DNA of 47,211 nt from positions 1 through 47,211 of IMG/VR virus record IMGVR_UViG_3300045988_007086; one strand, given 5' to 3'. Under the pieces are notes generated by a model. The model was not told where the DNA came from. It searched no databases and was given only the letters and a program-made list of their open reading frames with translations. How positions within the stretch are numbered: position 1 is the first letter of the stretch; each line of letters starts with the position of its first letter. Shown here piece by piece: positions 18,201 through 25,733 of the stretch. Both the position numbers and the translations under genes were made by a program. This stretch comes from a virus.

Positions 18201-18350
18201 CTCATACTCCCGCAGAGCATCAAGCCCGCTGCGCCACGTTCCGCCGGAGCTGCCTGCGTTTCCCGTCTGCTGGTTTCCGCTCTGCGTCTGCCGTCCGCTC
18301 CGCGCCTCATACTCCCGCAGAGCATCAAGCCCTGTGCGTTTCTTTGCCAT
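9222..18350 (-). CDS. Giant multidomain virion (internal/ejection, polyvalent-type) protein, 3,042 aa
   Basis: Uninterrupted 9,129-nt ORF. ATG 18350 after AAGGAG. Contains an HExxH motif (HETYH, 14973..14987), internal tandem repeats, and long helical/Q-rich linkers. Sits between head-completion genes and fibres. Confidence 0.9.
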   Translation of the reverse strand: MAKKRTGLDALREYEARSGRQTQSGNQQTGNAGSSGGTWRSGLDALREYEASGGRQNVTNGPYNPDYRTNTKKATPQSYEAAYQQYKQYVAEYQKQTEFPRRVSVGTAAQQAGGSQKRDYSRMLGLNQLDGDMQPRVQAAQDIQKYLQFQRKVQTGTAAQQAATNAGQDYSRLIGLNQFDGELERRAAEQEKRYRETVLPDQLRGMKRTSAEIQKQLDQLYEQKSDEHFRDYQFDENGTAWYTDENGTRRQARGVRDIQSEIDTLETRKAALDSARALGQAENTIGALDEETRELLREYNKTGYLADNEGAEWKLRQKGYSYDQIKRLAEYEKYLEDFEDYQKRSQSARKFGQDAPVTSTVASSLLAPFKALGNIESLRGILPKWLGGYQNEDMPTNIYSPLYFATHESSGIRSGVMEGMGPVGQFLYQAGTSALDSAVNMAASTAIVGTTGLSGEAASSAVAETMNWVMGSQVAADSVYAGIQSGKSNQEALIDGIVEGAIEGLTEKYSVGDKIKTMLSGKQVWKKVMRAFASEGAEEIASNWLNRIYDVVAKHDRGEVMGAYAEYLSKGNTKEKALALTLGDMLKEDGLSFLAGGISGLAMSGAYAGTNKAVEARNRGKQLNVIGQVMDAVESMAKERGDQATAEAAQAVMDKVKAGQMPETAEVQAVVNSAVKADQAAQAEAAFQTYNQYADERDARQAAREARQQAPAQAVQEAERQQQTPAQTTQAVQEVQNVQTQTGKRTQADAGRRAETREIDFNKEPQLTKYEQAQAKKDRVFSLEPERRDEIFGSWSNANEQFAKRTKQIERDYTDRYGINSGTAVDIAYMMNWLNSRFINSYLSTLTVENEEEARILTQETREIFEAAQAKASTELSGYTRDATLEAIQAALELIPGGTETQQMQKPSRAEQQQITQEAEAPKPAPAQAASQAVQETEELARETTLPGPKQAEQTATQEEAPVQETNKKGAVRLEEQQENVVPDGGSRRESDRRAGKPFGAVAGRTGKTNAAAQQSRTAVERQNRARDLRLPKVSTVELGVSRGTGYRGNTVFMRENWDAGMKETAARVKQRTGLETTYVLGPLQVRTSNGGTARAAAVFTGDRIIVQADNLRATIDQLASHETYHWIADNTPGLNAQIEQHIRDTFSEEEFDQIVETYIRSRRGVNDVPTEGTDAEFDEALNAIKEEIYADAYAGINAFGTHAEQYQQTVREAAELRTTAQTAEKTGGTRGPPEKYSIGKTTDNKPFVEVEQDILAGVPEADWVKTIKENLKKKFPNGITVGNNEINIDYQSRQEMTFSRYMQWLYNNDPQLRADKLRATDNADEILRATTDWVNEGLNHPRKDKIADFARGNVLLRVGGNGYTAEVVVGTRESGSMLLYDILNLQPTSFTEKETDAAKAENPSPGTNRNTASVSEPSIRRTEQKSQEKFSVTEAADGQEDKRRSERVNLPTIAQRELKSTLFKMFSVSKTQRTDVGRVIDYFADRIYTNGELTQTDRDVFLARLYSSGAMMESLRQQPDAVPDIVGDGRLYVSERARREFGSEWNDFRKRAFEAGIYLTDSTADRSAEAWTQALSEAAPDTFSETGGSQRQKLEQIVQAAEEAQDQNLSLSEYAQALAGKDFVSDDAILENMERQLDWAMRTFAEKAKLEVKLRGDKTAAIEAERDRSAQRNAQRSQNNAGVIEAMEARTDERLQKKDAATDRSRQKLIEAMEARTDERLQKKDAALAKSKGKLIDAMEARIDERIQREKAREANRRALERQDRKDMAARQKARRELQELQKKTLKTLQWLNKNRFRAPEELREQFDEVLSDIDLYAVGTANEMQWSGKYNATWRDLAQMYQDAKANDPNFLPSKELERIVTRLDARKIGDMDLDALGKLYQAAVELRTEFANRNRVLGDAEERIFEDVYADSVREINSAAGGYTGKLTDRFMNMEQLSTMNVLERMAGWNPNSTWYGMAKQLEKGERDAQSYQVTAAQILKDFMQKNREWVMRSDGQGKDAIWYEIKVPELLELGMGDKPIFGKTVTVYMTPAQKVHMYLESRNYDNLRHMAGGRTFANRELYSKGKRQEAFAQGTTVKLAPETVKAIVSDLTVEEKALADVLDRYYNGYAKSEINRVSNILYGYDKAMGKNYAPIFTNSSFTKSEPGIYDATAEGVGNLKTRQVSKNPTYNIGAYDAFERNVSQTSRFVGMAIPARNWKTLLNWRGSTTSMKTVIDGKWGEVTEKYIMDQLTKLEAGGSSEQDFVTTAADKIFSNYIAATFGFNPSIVFKQAGSIPLAAAYLGAENTPSPKQIAQIDRTLISKYTKMLDYRLMGYATPETKQLKDHPTKIQNNKVLNFAFGGGAITAMDGWAASTLWPWAENAVRRENPELEIGTQEQIDAGQSPFYQKVAERFNDAVARSQSTSDEMHQGRLRKSKNALAKAVTMFRSDSAQVYNTVRQAIGEAQYYKRSGASIEVQRRANRRVGQAFVSAAGGYIWSTAVTFLMALLKHRDKKYRDDDGNLTALSVLKGMGEDLLSSIAGAASIGGEEVVELIGGTLSGERFYDIFNSQSVEQLNKVLELIDTHGKNINKFVTDGADLIKNKGDLTLYLKRYGNDMLGDIRNLAKEIATYGFSLPANNLETYILGTVKTVSPALGTAYDDAMQTANRNLLKGLTGDALRMRVQHVFQVRDVDVSSEAVQAVARLYEAGYANAAPADTPSSVNIHDEKRELKAYQKQTYDMVWSEAVRNSLNELVQSDAFQSAGDDQQAKMLAKLYDYAAEQAKGVLFDDYEADAYVEKFKKLADNGVPESASIAYSVMAANVEGEKDADGKTISGSKRDEAMGILDGMELTGSQKSALLAANYSATGFEPWSGYREALKAGGDTWDAFYQNAVSAKVADGKAQEDAEKAVKSDLKSQLKEDYLGGSMPESEVSDYLQKYCGAEDEHDVYWTLEEWKGGEGWKKYGQFLDAVDKGVLADTRKVAKEYMKHGVDKGDLSSQLTKHFKEAWLAATGDEATRLKNAYISAYKAIGGDADKARDNIIKWRREANKRKGDKK
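13090..13325. repeat. Three tandem 78-bp (26-aa) repeats inside the giant gene
   Basis: IEAMEARTDERLQKKDAATDRSRQKL / IEAMEARTDERLQKKDAALAKSKGKL / IDAMEARIDERIQREKAREA. The gcctccat landmark recurs at 13133, 13211 and 13289. Confidence 0.85.
18200..18332. repeat. Two exact 28-bp repeats 105 bp apart at the 5' end of the giant gene
   Basis: cctcatactcccgcagagcatcaagccc at 18200..18227 and 18305..18332. Each encodes GLDALREYEA. Confidence 0.85.
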
Positions 18351-18360
18351 ATTGAACTCC

Positions 18361-19497
18361 TTATTCCTTCGGGATTCCGTAGCCCGCCTTGTTCAGGATG
18401 CTGACCAGCTCGTTATACTGCTTCTTTCCGGTCGAATTGCTCAGATTGAGTTGACCCGCCATACTCAAAAACAGGTCGTATGCCTTTTCCGGCTGTCCCG
18501 CCATGATCCACTCGGTCATGCCGCGCTTGAGCTGGTTGTACGTCTGTGCCATTGCACCGCCCGCACCGCCGCTGTTGTAGGTGTTGTCGATATACCCCTT
18601 TCCGCTTCCGGTTCCGGAGCTGCCCGCTCTTCCGCCTCCGCTGCCGCCGCTTCCACCTGCGGCCCTCTGCTGCGACTGCCAATAGGCCTGCTCCTGCGCA
18701 GCCTTCTGCTGCCAGTAGCTGAGCTGATCCGACCACTGTGTGTAATCTTTGTTCCACTCGGAGTCGTAGGAGCTCCGCGCGTCGGCAAGGTCATTGTAGT
18801 AGTCCGATACCGTGTCCCGGTACTTGCTGTAGTCCATGCTCTCCCGGTCGCTCACGAGGCCGTACCGGTTGTAGAGATCCTGCCCCTCGTCCTGATACCG
18901 GCCATACGCCCGGTCGTAGAGTTCCGGCACAATGTCGTTCAGGCTCTGGAGGTATGCGTTGTATGTCTGCTGCCCGACCTGCTCCGCGTAGGTCGAGCCG
19001 TAGCCGCCCGTGAGGCTGGCCGCCTGACCCATCGTGTCCTGCATGGCCGTCCTGCCGAGTCGCTGATACTGCTCCTTGTACTGCTGATACAGCGCGTCCT
19101 GGTTGAGATCGTACTGGAACGGCTTGCGGTTGGTGATCTGGTCGTACAGGCTGTCCAGCTCCGCATCCCACCGCGACTGATACGCGCCCGGCCTCCGGCT
19201 CTGCACCTGCTGGAGGTATGCCTTCGCCTGCGACACCGCGCCGGAAGGGGAGTAGCCCCTTTCGAGATTCCCGAGTCTGCCCGCCGTGTAGTCGGAATAG
19301 CCCGGCAGCGTGTTCCGCGTGGAATAGCCGCCCTTGTAGTTCTGCGTGGTCTGGCCCTTGTTTACGAGCGTGGACTTGTACTGTCCGTCCGCACCCACGC
19401 TGTCGATGCGGTAAGTACCGCCAGCCGTGACCACCTCGTCGCCGACACCAAGCCCGGACGGCGCACGGCCGTCGTCATTTACTCTGTACAGTGCCAT
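18361..19497 (-). CDS. Y/Q/D-rich low-complexity virion protein (378 aa)
   Basis: ATG 19497 after AAGGAGG. Contains a GGSGGSGGGRAGSSGTGSG tract and many YxxY/QQ motifs. Confidence 0.75.
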   Translation of the reverse strand: MALYRVNDDGRAPSGLGVGDEVVTAGGTYRIDSVGADGQYKSTLVNKGQTTQNYKGGYSTRNTLPGYSDYTAGRLGNLERGYSPSGAVSQAKAYLQQVQSRRPGAYQSRWDAELDSLYDQITNRKPFQYDLNQDALYQQYKEQYQRLGRTAMQDTMGQAASLTGGYGSTYAEQVGQQTYNAYLQSLNDIVPELYDRAYGRYQDEGQDLYNRYGLVSDRESMDYSKYRDTVSDYYNDLADARSSYDSEWNKDYTQWSDQLSYWQQKAAQEQAYWQSQQRAAGGSGGSGGGRAGSSGTGSGKGYIDNTYNSGGAGGAMAQTYNQLKRGMTEWIMAGQPEKAYDLFLSMAGQLNLSNSTGKKQYNELVSILNKAGYGIPKE

Positions 19498-19678
19498 CTT
19501 CCGCGTCCTCCTTCTCCGGCGGCCTTGCTGCCTCTGCCGTCTCCTGCATCTCCACGAGCCTTTGCAGCTCTGCCCGGTAGCTGTCGAGCACCAGAGCCGC
19601 CACGACCGGTGGCAGCCTCGACCCGTTCAGGGCCTCTGCGATCTTCTGTCTCAGCTCTTTTACTTCTCTTACCATCAT
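19475..19678 (-). CDS. Small hypothetical protein (67 aa)
   Basis: ATGATG at 19678 after GAGGAGG; overlaps both neighbours. Confidence 0.55.
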   Translation of the reverse strand: MMVREVKELRQKIAEALNGSRLPPVVAALVLDSYRAELQRLVEMQETAEAARPPEKEDAEDGTVQSK

Positions 19679-20943
19679 GTTGCCTCCTCGGTACCCTCCG
19701 TGACGTTTCCGGAGGTGTTGATGCTGGCCCCGTTAAAGGTGAGGCTCGTTCCCTTGATTTTGATTTCTCCGTTTTCTGTAATGTGGATATACGCGCTGTT
19801 GTCGCTCAGTGCCAGATACACCGAGCCGCTGTCTGCCAGAATTCGCACGGCTCCATAGGAAAACAGCTCCACCGCCGAGGACGCCGTGCTGGCGCCCGTG
19901 ATGCTCAGCCATCCCCGGTTGCCAATGTTGAGGTTGAGTGAGTCCAGCCCGCCGTTGGTGTTTGTGCTGACCGTTGCGGCCAGCGCCGTCAGCTCCTGCA
20001 CGTCCGCGATCAGCGACGAAAGCTGCATCTGAATGCTGGTGTAGCTGCCGTCCTGGTTGAGCAGCAGATCGCTTGCCTTGATGGAGCCGGTGATATCCGC
20101 GCCCGTCGCTGTCAGTTTGCCGCTTGCGTCCACCTTGAATGCGCTCCCGATGGAAAGCCCGTCCGTGCCGAAGTAAAGCCCGGCCCCGCCCCATGTGTTG
20201 TCGGTGCGGTAGATGCTGCTATCCGAAATGCTCCACGGGCCGAAGCTCGACCCCGCCGCCGCCGTGACCGTTCCGGTCAGCTTCGCGTCGAATGCCTCCA
20301 GCGTCCCGGAAGGGAAGTGGAGCTTTTTCTGTGCCAGATAGGCTACCTCACTGCCGCCCTGCCAGAAGCTGACCCTGCCGGACGTGACGGTCAGCAGCTC
20401 GTTCTGCGTCTTGTCGATCACTTCCTTGTCGTTGGACACGGTCGTCTCGATGTTGCCGACGCCCACGCCATAGACCGGCGTCACGCCGTTGTAGTACAGC
20501 AGCCCCGTCTTGACGTACTGCTTCGAGTTCACGGTAAAAGCGTTGTTGACGCCCGCCGAGAACTCATACAGCTGCCGGATGCCGAATTCGTTTCCGTCAA
20601 TGGTCATGCTGGCCTCCTGCCAGTACTTCCCGAAGTCCGACACGGCCACATAATTTCCGCTGAGCTTCAGCTTGAATGCCTCGGAGTTCTCCGCCGCGAA
20701 ATCCGCCGTCTTGATGATGAGCGTCTTGAGCGCGGCAAAGCCGCTCAGCTCCGTCAGCCGATCCTCCTTCGACAGTGCGCTTGCATCGATGGCCTGCGAG
20801 ATCTGCGTGAGCACCGCTCCCGCCGACCAGTCCGCGCCGTTCAGCTCATCCGTCAGCTGTACCAGATACCGCCGCAGCCCGTCCAGCTGCTGCGCGGCGT
20901 CCCCGCCGGTCATGGGCGGGTATTGTAAAGTCAGGCTCCCCAT
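19675..20943 (-). CDS. Putative tail protein (422 aa)
   Basis: ATG 20943. N-terminal helical region and a Gly/Ser/Thr-rich beta-type C-terminus. The call is based on position only. Confidence 0.7.
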   Translation of the reverse strand: MGSLTLQYPPMTGGDAAQQLDGLRRYLVQLTDELNGADWSAGAVLTQISQAIDASALSKEDRLTELSGFAALKTLIIKTADFAAENSEAFKLKLSGNYVAVSDFGKYWQEASMTIDGNEFGIRQLYEFSAGVNNAFTVNSKQYVKTGLLYYNGVTPVYGVGVGNIETTVSNDKEVIDKTQNELLTVTSGRVSFWQGGSEVAYLAQKKLHFPSGTLEAFDAKLTGTVTAAAGSSFGPWSISDSSIYRTDNTWGGAGLYFGTDGLSIGSAFKVDASGKLTATGADITGSIKASDLLLNQDGSYTSIQMQLSSLIADVQELTALAATVSTNTNGGLDSLNLNIGNRGWLSITGASTASSAVELFSYGAVRILADSGSVYLALSDNSAYIHITENGEIKIKGTSLTFNGASINTSGNVTEGTEEAT

Positions 20944-20950
20944 ATGCGCC

Positions 20951-21406
20951 TCACAGATGGATGAACGGTGCCGTCATTTTCGGCATGTTCGTCCGGTTGT
21001 AAAAATCCTGATACGCCGTGTAGTAGGCGTTGTACTTGGCCATTGCGTTGTTGTACCGCACCATTTCTCCATTCGCGTCGGAGATCTTCATTTCCAGATA
21101 CCAGCGGTATATCTCGTCATACGGCCACGGAATGCGCAGCTTCGTGTCGAGATCGACCGTTTCCGGATACCCTTCGAACGTCTGTTCGCTTGGCTTCTCC
21201 TGCGGCACACAGCCGCACCATTCGCGGTCGAGCGGATCTCGCGTCCGCACCCACGGCTCGCAGACCGGATTCCCGCTCCCGTGTGTTTTTTCTATTTCCA
21301 GATAGACCACGCCGTCCAGCTCACTGAGCCAGCGCACCTTATCGATGTTCTCATATTGATTTGGCGTGAGCCGGTCAACGGCTTCGATCGCCTCTCGGAT
21401 GGTCAT
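20951..21406 (-). CDS. Putative head-completion/adaptor protein (151 aa)
   Basis: Trimmed to ATG 21406 with GGAGG 8 nt upstream. Lies downstream of the capsid operon terminator. Confidence 0.65.
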   Translation of the reverse strand: MTIREAIEAVDRLTPNQYENIDKVRWLSELDGVVYLEIEKTHGSGNPVCEPWVRTRDPLDREWCGCVPQEKPSEQTFEGYPETVDLDTKLRIPWPYDEIYRWYLEMKISDANGEMVRYNNAMAKYNAYYTAYQDFYNRTNMPKMTAPFIHL

Positions 21407-21440
21407 GCTCACTGCCTCCTTTTCACATTCCAAATTCGAT

Positions 21441-21462
21441 AAAAGGGCCGCTTGCGCGGCCC
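21441..21462 (-). terminator. Terminator/attenuator after the capsid genes
   Basis: Minus strand reads GGGCCGC-GCAA-GCGGCCC followed by TTTTATCGAATTT. Confidence 0.6.
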
Positions 21463-21468
21463 TCTTTA

Positions 21469-21702
21469 TCACTGCTGCTGCTGCATTTCGTGGACGCGCT
21501 CAAAAAGCTCCGTCTCCTGCATCTGCGCATGCTCCAGCACCTCGGCCACCGCCAGCGGCACCTCCACGGGCTTGCCGCGCGGCACCTGATATGCCTTGCC
21601 GTTGATGCATACGAACTCGAACTGCTGTTCTGTCTCCGATGCGCGCGGCAGGAAGATGCTCTTCGTTGCCTGCGCTTCGGCCTTGGTCTTTACCTCTGCC
21701 AT
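21469..21702 (-). CDS. Small protein downstream of the capsid gene (77 aa)
   Basis: ATG 21702 after TAAGGAGG, which overlaps the capsid stop. Confidence 0.65.
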   Translation of the reverse strand: MAEVKTKAEAQATKSIFLPRASETEQQFEFVCINGKAYQVPRGKPVEVPLAVAEVLEHAQMQETELFERVHEMQQQQ

Positions 21703-21713
21703 GGTTTCCCTCC

Positions 21714-22817
21714 TTAGTTGGCCTCGTCCGTGCCGGAGTACTCCGACAGGCTCTCTACGCGGACCATGCGATCCTGATAGAGGATCTTCGTCGCGGTGGA
21801 GAACTTATAGCCGAGCGTGCTGAACTGGTTCAGCGGGCCGCCCGCCTGCTCCTTGCTCTTTACGATCATTTCCAGGCCGCCGCCCTCCGGATCGATCATA
21901 CCGAAGGCGTCCTTGCCGAGGAAGAGCGTGGAATACACGCTGTAGTAGGTCGCCGCAGGCGTACCGCCCGAACCGGCTGCCGTCTTGACGGGGCAGGTGT
22001 TGTTGTTCCAGATCTTCGCCTCGGTCGTCTCGATGAAGCGAACGCCGTGCAGCTCGCCGATCTCGCCGGTGAACAGCGGGGTGACGTCTGCGTACTTGTG
22101 CGCCTCGATCCAGTCTTTGTTCTCGCGCAGATCATAGGTCACGGACGGGTGGATGATGGCGACGTACTTGCCGTTGATCGTCGGGGCCTTGAGCTTCTTC
22201 AGCGTCGTCACGGCCTTGTTGATCTCGGTCGGCGTCAGCTTGGACGTGGTGTCCATGCCTGCGCGGCTGTCCACGGCGGTGTGCGCGCCCGCAGCGCTGA
22301 CCTTGTCGCAGTACTGCACGCTCGTGCCCGCTGCCAGCGTGTCGCGGACGAGCTTGTCCTGCGTGGTGCCCGCCGATGCGCCCAGCTCCTCGGTCGCGCC
22401 GAGGATCACGTCATCAATGGCGTGCAGCTCCAGCTGGTCGGACACGGTGACGTAGGTACCGTGCTGTACGATGGAGCCTGTCATGCTCGACTGGCCCAGC
22501 TTCTGGCCCGTGGGAATCACGCCCTCGGTCAGTGCCGGCGCGTCCGCAAGCGTGTTCCACTTGCGCCACTCGACCTTCTTGCCCCGTCCCTTCGGCAGCG
22601 GCTGCTTTCTGGCGAACTGCGCGTGAATGAGGTTCGGACGCGCGTTTTCCAGCAGCTCCGTGTCATAGTATGTCTTCATCAGCGACGACAGGTCGTTGGG
22701 CGCTGCGAACGCCGTGGTCGAGCCGTCGTAAGCGTTTACATAGTTCTGCGTGGTGTTGACCAGCGTACCGGCGTCCGGTGCGTGGCAGACCTGCATGATC
22801 TCAAAAAGTTTCTTCAA
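21714..22817 (-). CDS. Major capsid protein, N4-gp56-like (HK97 fold) family, 367 aa
   Basis: Follows the scaffold gene. The pattern ...KGRGKKVEWRKWNTL...LTEGVIPTG...VQHGTYVTVSDQLE... resembles the N4-gp56 capsid family. TTG 22817 after GGGAG (ATG alternative at 22796). Confidence 0.8.
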   Translation of the reverse strand: MKKLFEIMQVCHAPDAGTLVNTTQNYVNAYDGSTTAFAAPNDLSSLMKTYYDTELLENARPNLIHAQFARKQPLPKGRGKKVEWRKWNTLADAPALTEGVIPTGQKLGQSSMTGSIVQHGTYVTVSDQLELHAIDDVILGATEELGASAGTTQDKLVRDTLAAGTSVQYCDKVSAAGAHTAVDSRAGMDTTSKLTPTEINKAVTTLKKLKAPTINGKYVAIIHPSVTYDLRENKDWIEAHKYADVTPLFTGEIGELHGVRFIETTEAKIWNNNTCPVKTAAGSGGTPAATYYSVYSTLFLGKDAFGMIDPEGGGLEMIVKSKEQAGGPLNQFSTLGYKFSTATKILYQDRMVRVESLSEYSGTDEAN

Positions 22818-22845
22818 AATTTAGCTCCCTTCCCGGGGCTGACAC

Positions 22846-23751
22846 TCAAAAGGTGATCTTCTCGCCCCGATTGACTCGTGCGCGAATTTCGTCGCGCTGT
22901 TGTTTCGTGAGCTTTCGAGGGTCAAACTGTACGGGCATGCCGCTTCCGGCGTTGGCCGCGCCCTCCGGAGGGCGCATCCCGTTTGCCTGGATACCGGCGA
23001 CGATCTGCTGCTGTGTTGCCTGCGCGACGGCGCGCGTCCGCGCTGCCGCCAGCTCCGCCTTGTGTACGACCTCATAGGCCGTCAGCGCCGGGACGCCGTT
23101 GGATACCAGCCGCCCGAAGTCCGGGTTTGCCAGCTCCTGCGACAGATCCGCCTGCGGGTACATCGCCTGCACCTCCGCAAACTGCCCGACGATGCGGTCA
23201 AATTCCGCCCGCCGCTGCATCTCTCCTTGTGCCGCTGCATTCTCGCGCTGGAGTGCGGCGTTCTGCCGCTCCAGCTGCTTCGTGTGCATCAGCGTTTCCA
23301 GCGGGATACCCTTCTCCATGGCCTCGGCCTCATAAAGCCGCTTGTCGTCGGTCAGCCTTCTGGTCAGCGCGTCATAGTCGATCTTGTCCGGATCGGAGAC
23401 GTCGATGCCGTACTGCTGGCCCAGCACATCGAGGATCGGGGAGAACTTGCTGATCGTCGCTTTCGTGCCCTTGAGCCGTTCCATGACGGCTTTCTTCACG
23501 CGCTGATCGTACTCCGTTTTGTACTTGCCCTTGATGAGACTCTCGAAAGTTTCTTCCTGCTGCACCTGAGCGCCGGGTGCGTTCTGACCGGTCGGCGGGA
23601 AGCCCGGGCTGCCCTGCGGACCTGTCGGGTCGCCGGCCGGACCGTTCTGTGTCGCGACCGGGCTGCTCATGTTCGGCTGGGCGCTGGCCGTCATACCGCC
23701 CGTGCCGCCTGCGTCGGCGGCGAAAAATGGGATAAACGATTTGTAAAACAT
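22846..23751 (-). CDS. Scaffolding protein (301 aa)
   Basis: Lies between portal and capsid. Disordered P/G/Q-rich N-terminus followed by a long helical region (FESLIKGKYKTEYDQRVKKAV...). Confidence 0.75.
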   Translation of the reverse strand: MFYKSFIPFFAADAGGTGGMTASAQPNMSSPVATQNGPAGDPTGPQGSPGFPPTGQNAPGAQVQQEETFESLIKGKYKTEYDQRVKKAVMERLKGTKATISKFSPILDVLGQQYGIDVSDPDKIDYDALTRRLTDDKRLYEAEAMEKGIPLETLMHTKQLERQNAALQRENAAAQGEMQRRAEFDRIVGQFAEVQAMYPQADLSQELANPDFGRLVSNGVPALTAYEVVHKAELAAARTRAVAQATQQQIVAGIQANGMRPPEGAANAGSGMPVQFDPRKLTKQQRDEIRARVNRGEKITF

Positions 23752-23832
23752 ATGGTTCCTTTCAGCCCGTCGGTGGGCGAGCCCTTGAATTTATCTCGTC
23801 GCGCTGTGCGCGGTCGATACGTTTTCTGCCGG

Positions 23833-25716
23833 TCAGTCCGGCTGCGTGCTCTTCTGCGACTGCTCACGCGCATCCTTCACGGTCTTTGCCTCCGTGCCTG
23901 CTCCTTCTCCTGGCATTTCTGCCTTTGCGCTTCCGGCGGCCGGAGCCTGTGCCTGTGCATCCGCGCCAAGGATCTGCTGTGCCAGTCCGTCCGCCATGGC
24001 CGGGTCGAAGCGCTCCGCCAGTGCCAGCGCCATCTGCTGCCAGCTGGCCAGCTCCTGCTGGAGCGTCCCATTCTGCGCGATCTTCTGGCTGATCTCGTCC
24101 TTGCCTTCAAAATCCATCATGTCGAGCGTCGCCAACGCCTGATCTGCCCTTGTCGGATCGAAGAACCCGAGCTGATAGAATTGCAGCGCCAGCTCGTTCT
24201 GGCTGAGCCTCGTATATTCGGAGGACTTCTGCGCGGATACCTCGATATCGAATACCGGCTTTCGCCAGGACACATCTCCGCCAAGGCCCAGCAGCTCCTG
24301 CTGCTTGAGGTTCTGGTTGGAGTAGGTGACGTATTCCTCCGTCCCGAGCTGGCCCCGGATGCGGAACTTTCTCGGCAGATCGTAAAACTGCCGGATGCGC
24401 TCGATCACCATGCGGATGAGCCGTGCGTATGCCCGGTATGCCGAGCGCGTCGCGTCCTTGGAGCTTCGCCCGGACGCCTCCTGCAATGCGGCAATGGCGC
24501 TGGCCGCCGTCACGCCGGAGGACACCGAGCCGTTGTTTACGTCCGTGTTGCCGGTCGTCCACTTCAACTCCTCGATCTTGTTCTGGATGACGTTTATGTA
24601 GTTGGCCGACAGGGGACTGACCGTGATCGGCATCACCGAGTCCTGTCCCAGATTGCCGTCCGTGTGTACGAACGGCTTGCGCCAGTCGGCATATTCCTTT
24701 TCGTTGATGCTTCCGTCGCTGCGGATGAACCAGCGCGGCGTGGACGCCATCACGGAGTTTTTCAGGATCGCCTGATTGAGCAGGTCGATCTGCTCCTGTG
24801 CGCTCTTGCCGATGTCGATATATCCGTATCCGGCAATGGAACCCTTCACCGGGAACAGCGCGTCGATCACGAACGGATAATCTCCGTCCTCGTAAAGCCC
24901 GCTCTGCATATTGGGGTCGTTCTCGGTCGCGGAAAGGACCGTCTCGCCCACGAATTTGCAGAAGTGGAGCACGCTTTTTCCGTTTTCAATCTTCTTGTAG
25001 TACCAGTCCACCACGAGCGACTTGTTCGTCGTATCCACCTGATCGTCCGTCTTGTACTTGCTGACAAATGTGTTGTCGCTTCGAAGCGTGTCGCCGACCT
25101 GTGGATACCGCTGCCTGATCACGTCGTTGTCCACCAGCTCCGCGTAGAACAGGTTTTTGCTTTTCTGGATGTCGGTCACACCCGGCTCCCAGAAGAGGTT
25201 GAGCAGATCGATCTCCCGGATGGATACATCCCCGAGGCCGTTGAGCTTGGAGCTGTCCCAGAAAACGCCCCATGCCAGTGTTCCCTGCTTCATCTTCGTC
25301 CAGCACGAATCGGAGTAGGTCTCCTCGAAATCGTTCTGCTCGAGGATCACCGGCACGATGCTGGTCAGCATCGCCGCCTCGGATCGGTCGTCCGGCTCTC
25401 TTGGCCGGATAGCAGGCTCCGGGAACGCCGCCACGGCGTCCGCGTGCTTGCCCATAATGACGTTGAAGAGCCAAGCAGATCGCCACTGTGGGTCGTATGG
25501 ATTCCCGCTCGGACTCATTTCCTGCCAGTGCTGGAGTTTCCACCACTGCTCGCAGGCAATGAGCCGCTTTTCAAGCGCTGACTTTCCGGCCTTGTACTTG
25601 GTCAGCGTGTCCATGGCCGTCCGGATCTGCGCCACGCCGATGGGCTGCATCGCCTCACCCGCTCCAATGTCGCCCAGCACGTCCTGTATCGTCGTCATAT
25701 TCGTGTTTCCGTCCAT
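23833..25716 (-). CDS. Portal protein (627 aa)
   Basis: Called from size and position (between terminase and scaffold). Acidic/helical C-terminus. AAGGAGG upstream of ATG 25716. Confidence 0.65.
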   Translation of the reverse strand: MDGNTNMTTIQDVLGDIGAGEAMQPIGVAQIRTAMDTLTKYKAGKSALEKRLIACEQWWKLQHWQEMSPSGNPYDPQWRSAWLFNVIMGKHADAVAAFPEPAIRPREPDDRSEAAMLTSIVPVILEQNDFEETYSDSCWTKMKQGTLAWGVFWDSSKLNGLGDVSIREIDLLNLFWEPGVTDIQKSKNLFYAELVDNDVIRQRYPQVGDTLRSDNTFVSKYKTDDQVDTTNKSLVVDWYYKKIENGKSVLHFCKFVGETVLSATENDPNMQSGLYEDGDYPFVIDALFPVKGSIAGYGYIDIGKSAQEQIDLLNQAILKNSVMASTPRWFIRSDGSINEKEYADWRKPFVHTDGNLGQDSVMPITVSPLSANYINVIQNKIEELKWTTGNTDVNNGSVSSGVTAASAIAALQEASGRSSKDATRSAYRAYARLIRMVIERIRQFYDLPRKFRIRGQLGTEEYVTYSNQNLKQQELLGLGGDVSWRKPVFDIEVSAQKSSEYTRLSQNELALQFYQLGFFDPTRADQALATLDMMDFEGKDEISQKIAQNGTLQQELASWQQMALALAERFDPAMADGLAQQILGADAQAQAPAAGSAKAEMPGEGAGTEAKTVKDAREQSQKSTQPD

Positions 25717-25733
25717 GTTTCCTCCTTCTCGCG

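Noticed and set aside
9222-18350. Giant ORF as an N4-like virion RNA polymerase, or as a classical tape measure
   Set aside because: An RxxxK...Y stretch (RQVSKNPTYNIGAY) does not match the spacing of polymerase motif B, and no motif A/C or DxDGD signatures were seen. The tape-measure call is unsupported because tube and chaperone genes are absent. It is left as an unassigned polyvalent-type protein.
22900-25581. Very long plus-strand ORFs (893 aa here; also 18175..19941, 21639..22856, 27599..28855, 36099..37340, 2762..3736)
   Set aside because: They are antisense shadows of well-supported minus-strand genes in high-GC DNA. Their translations are Arg/Leu/Pro-rich and low in complexity, they lack RBSs, and they have no motifs.
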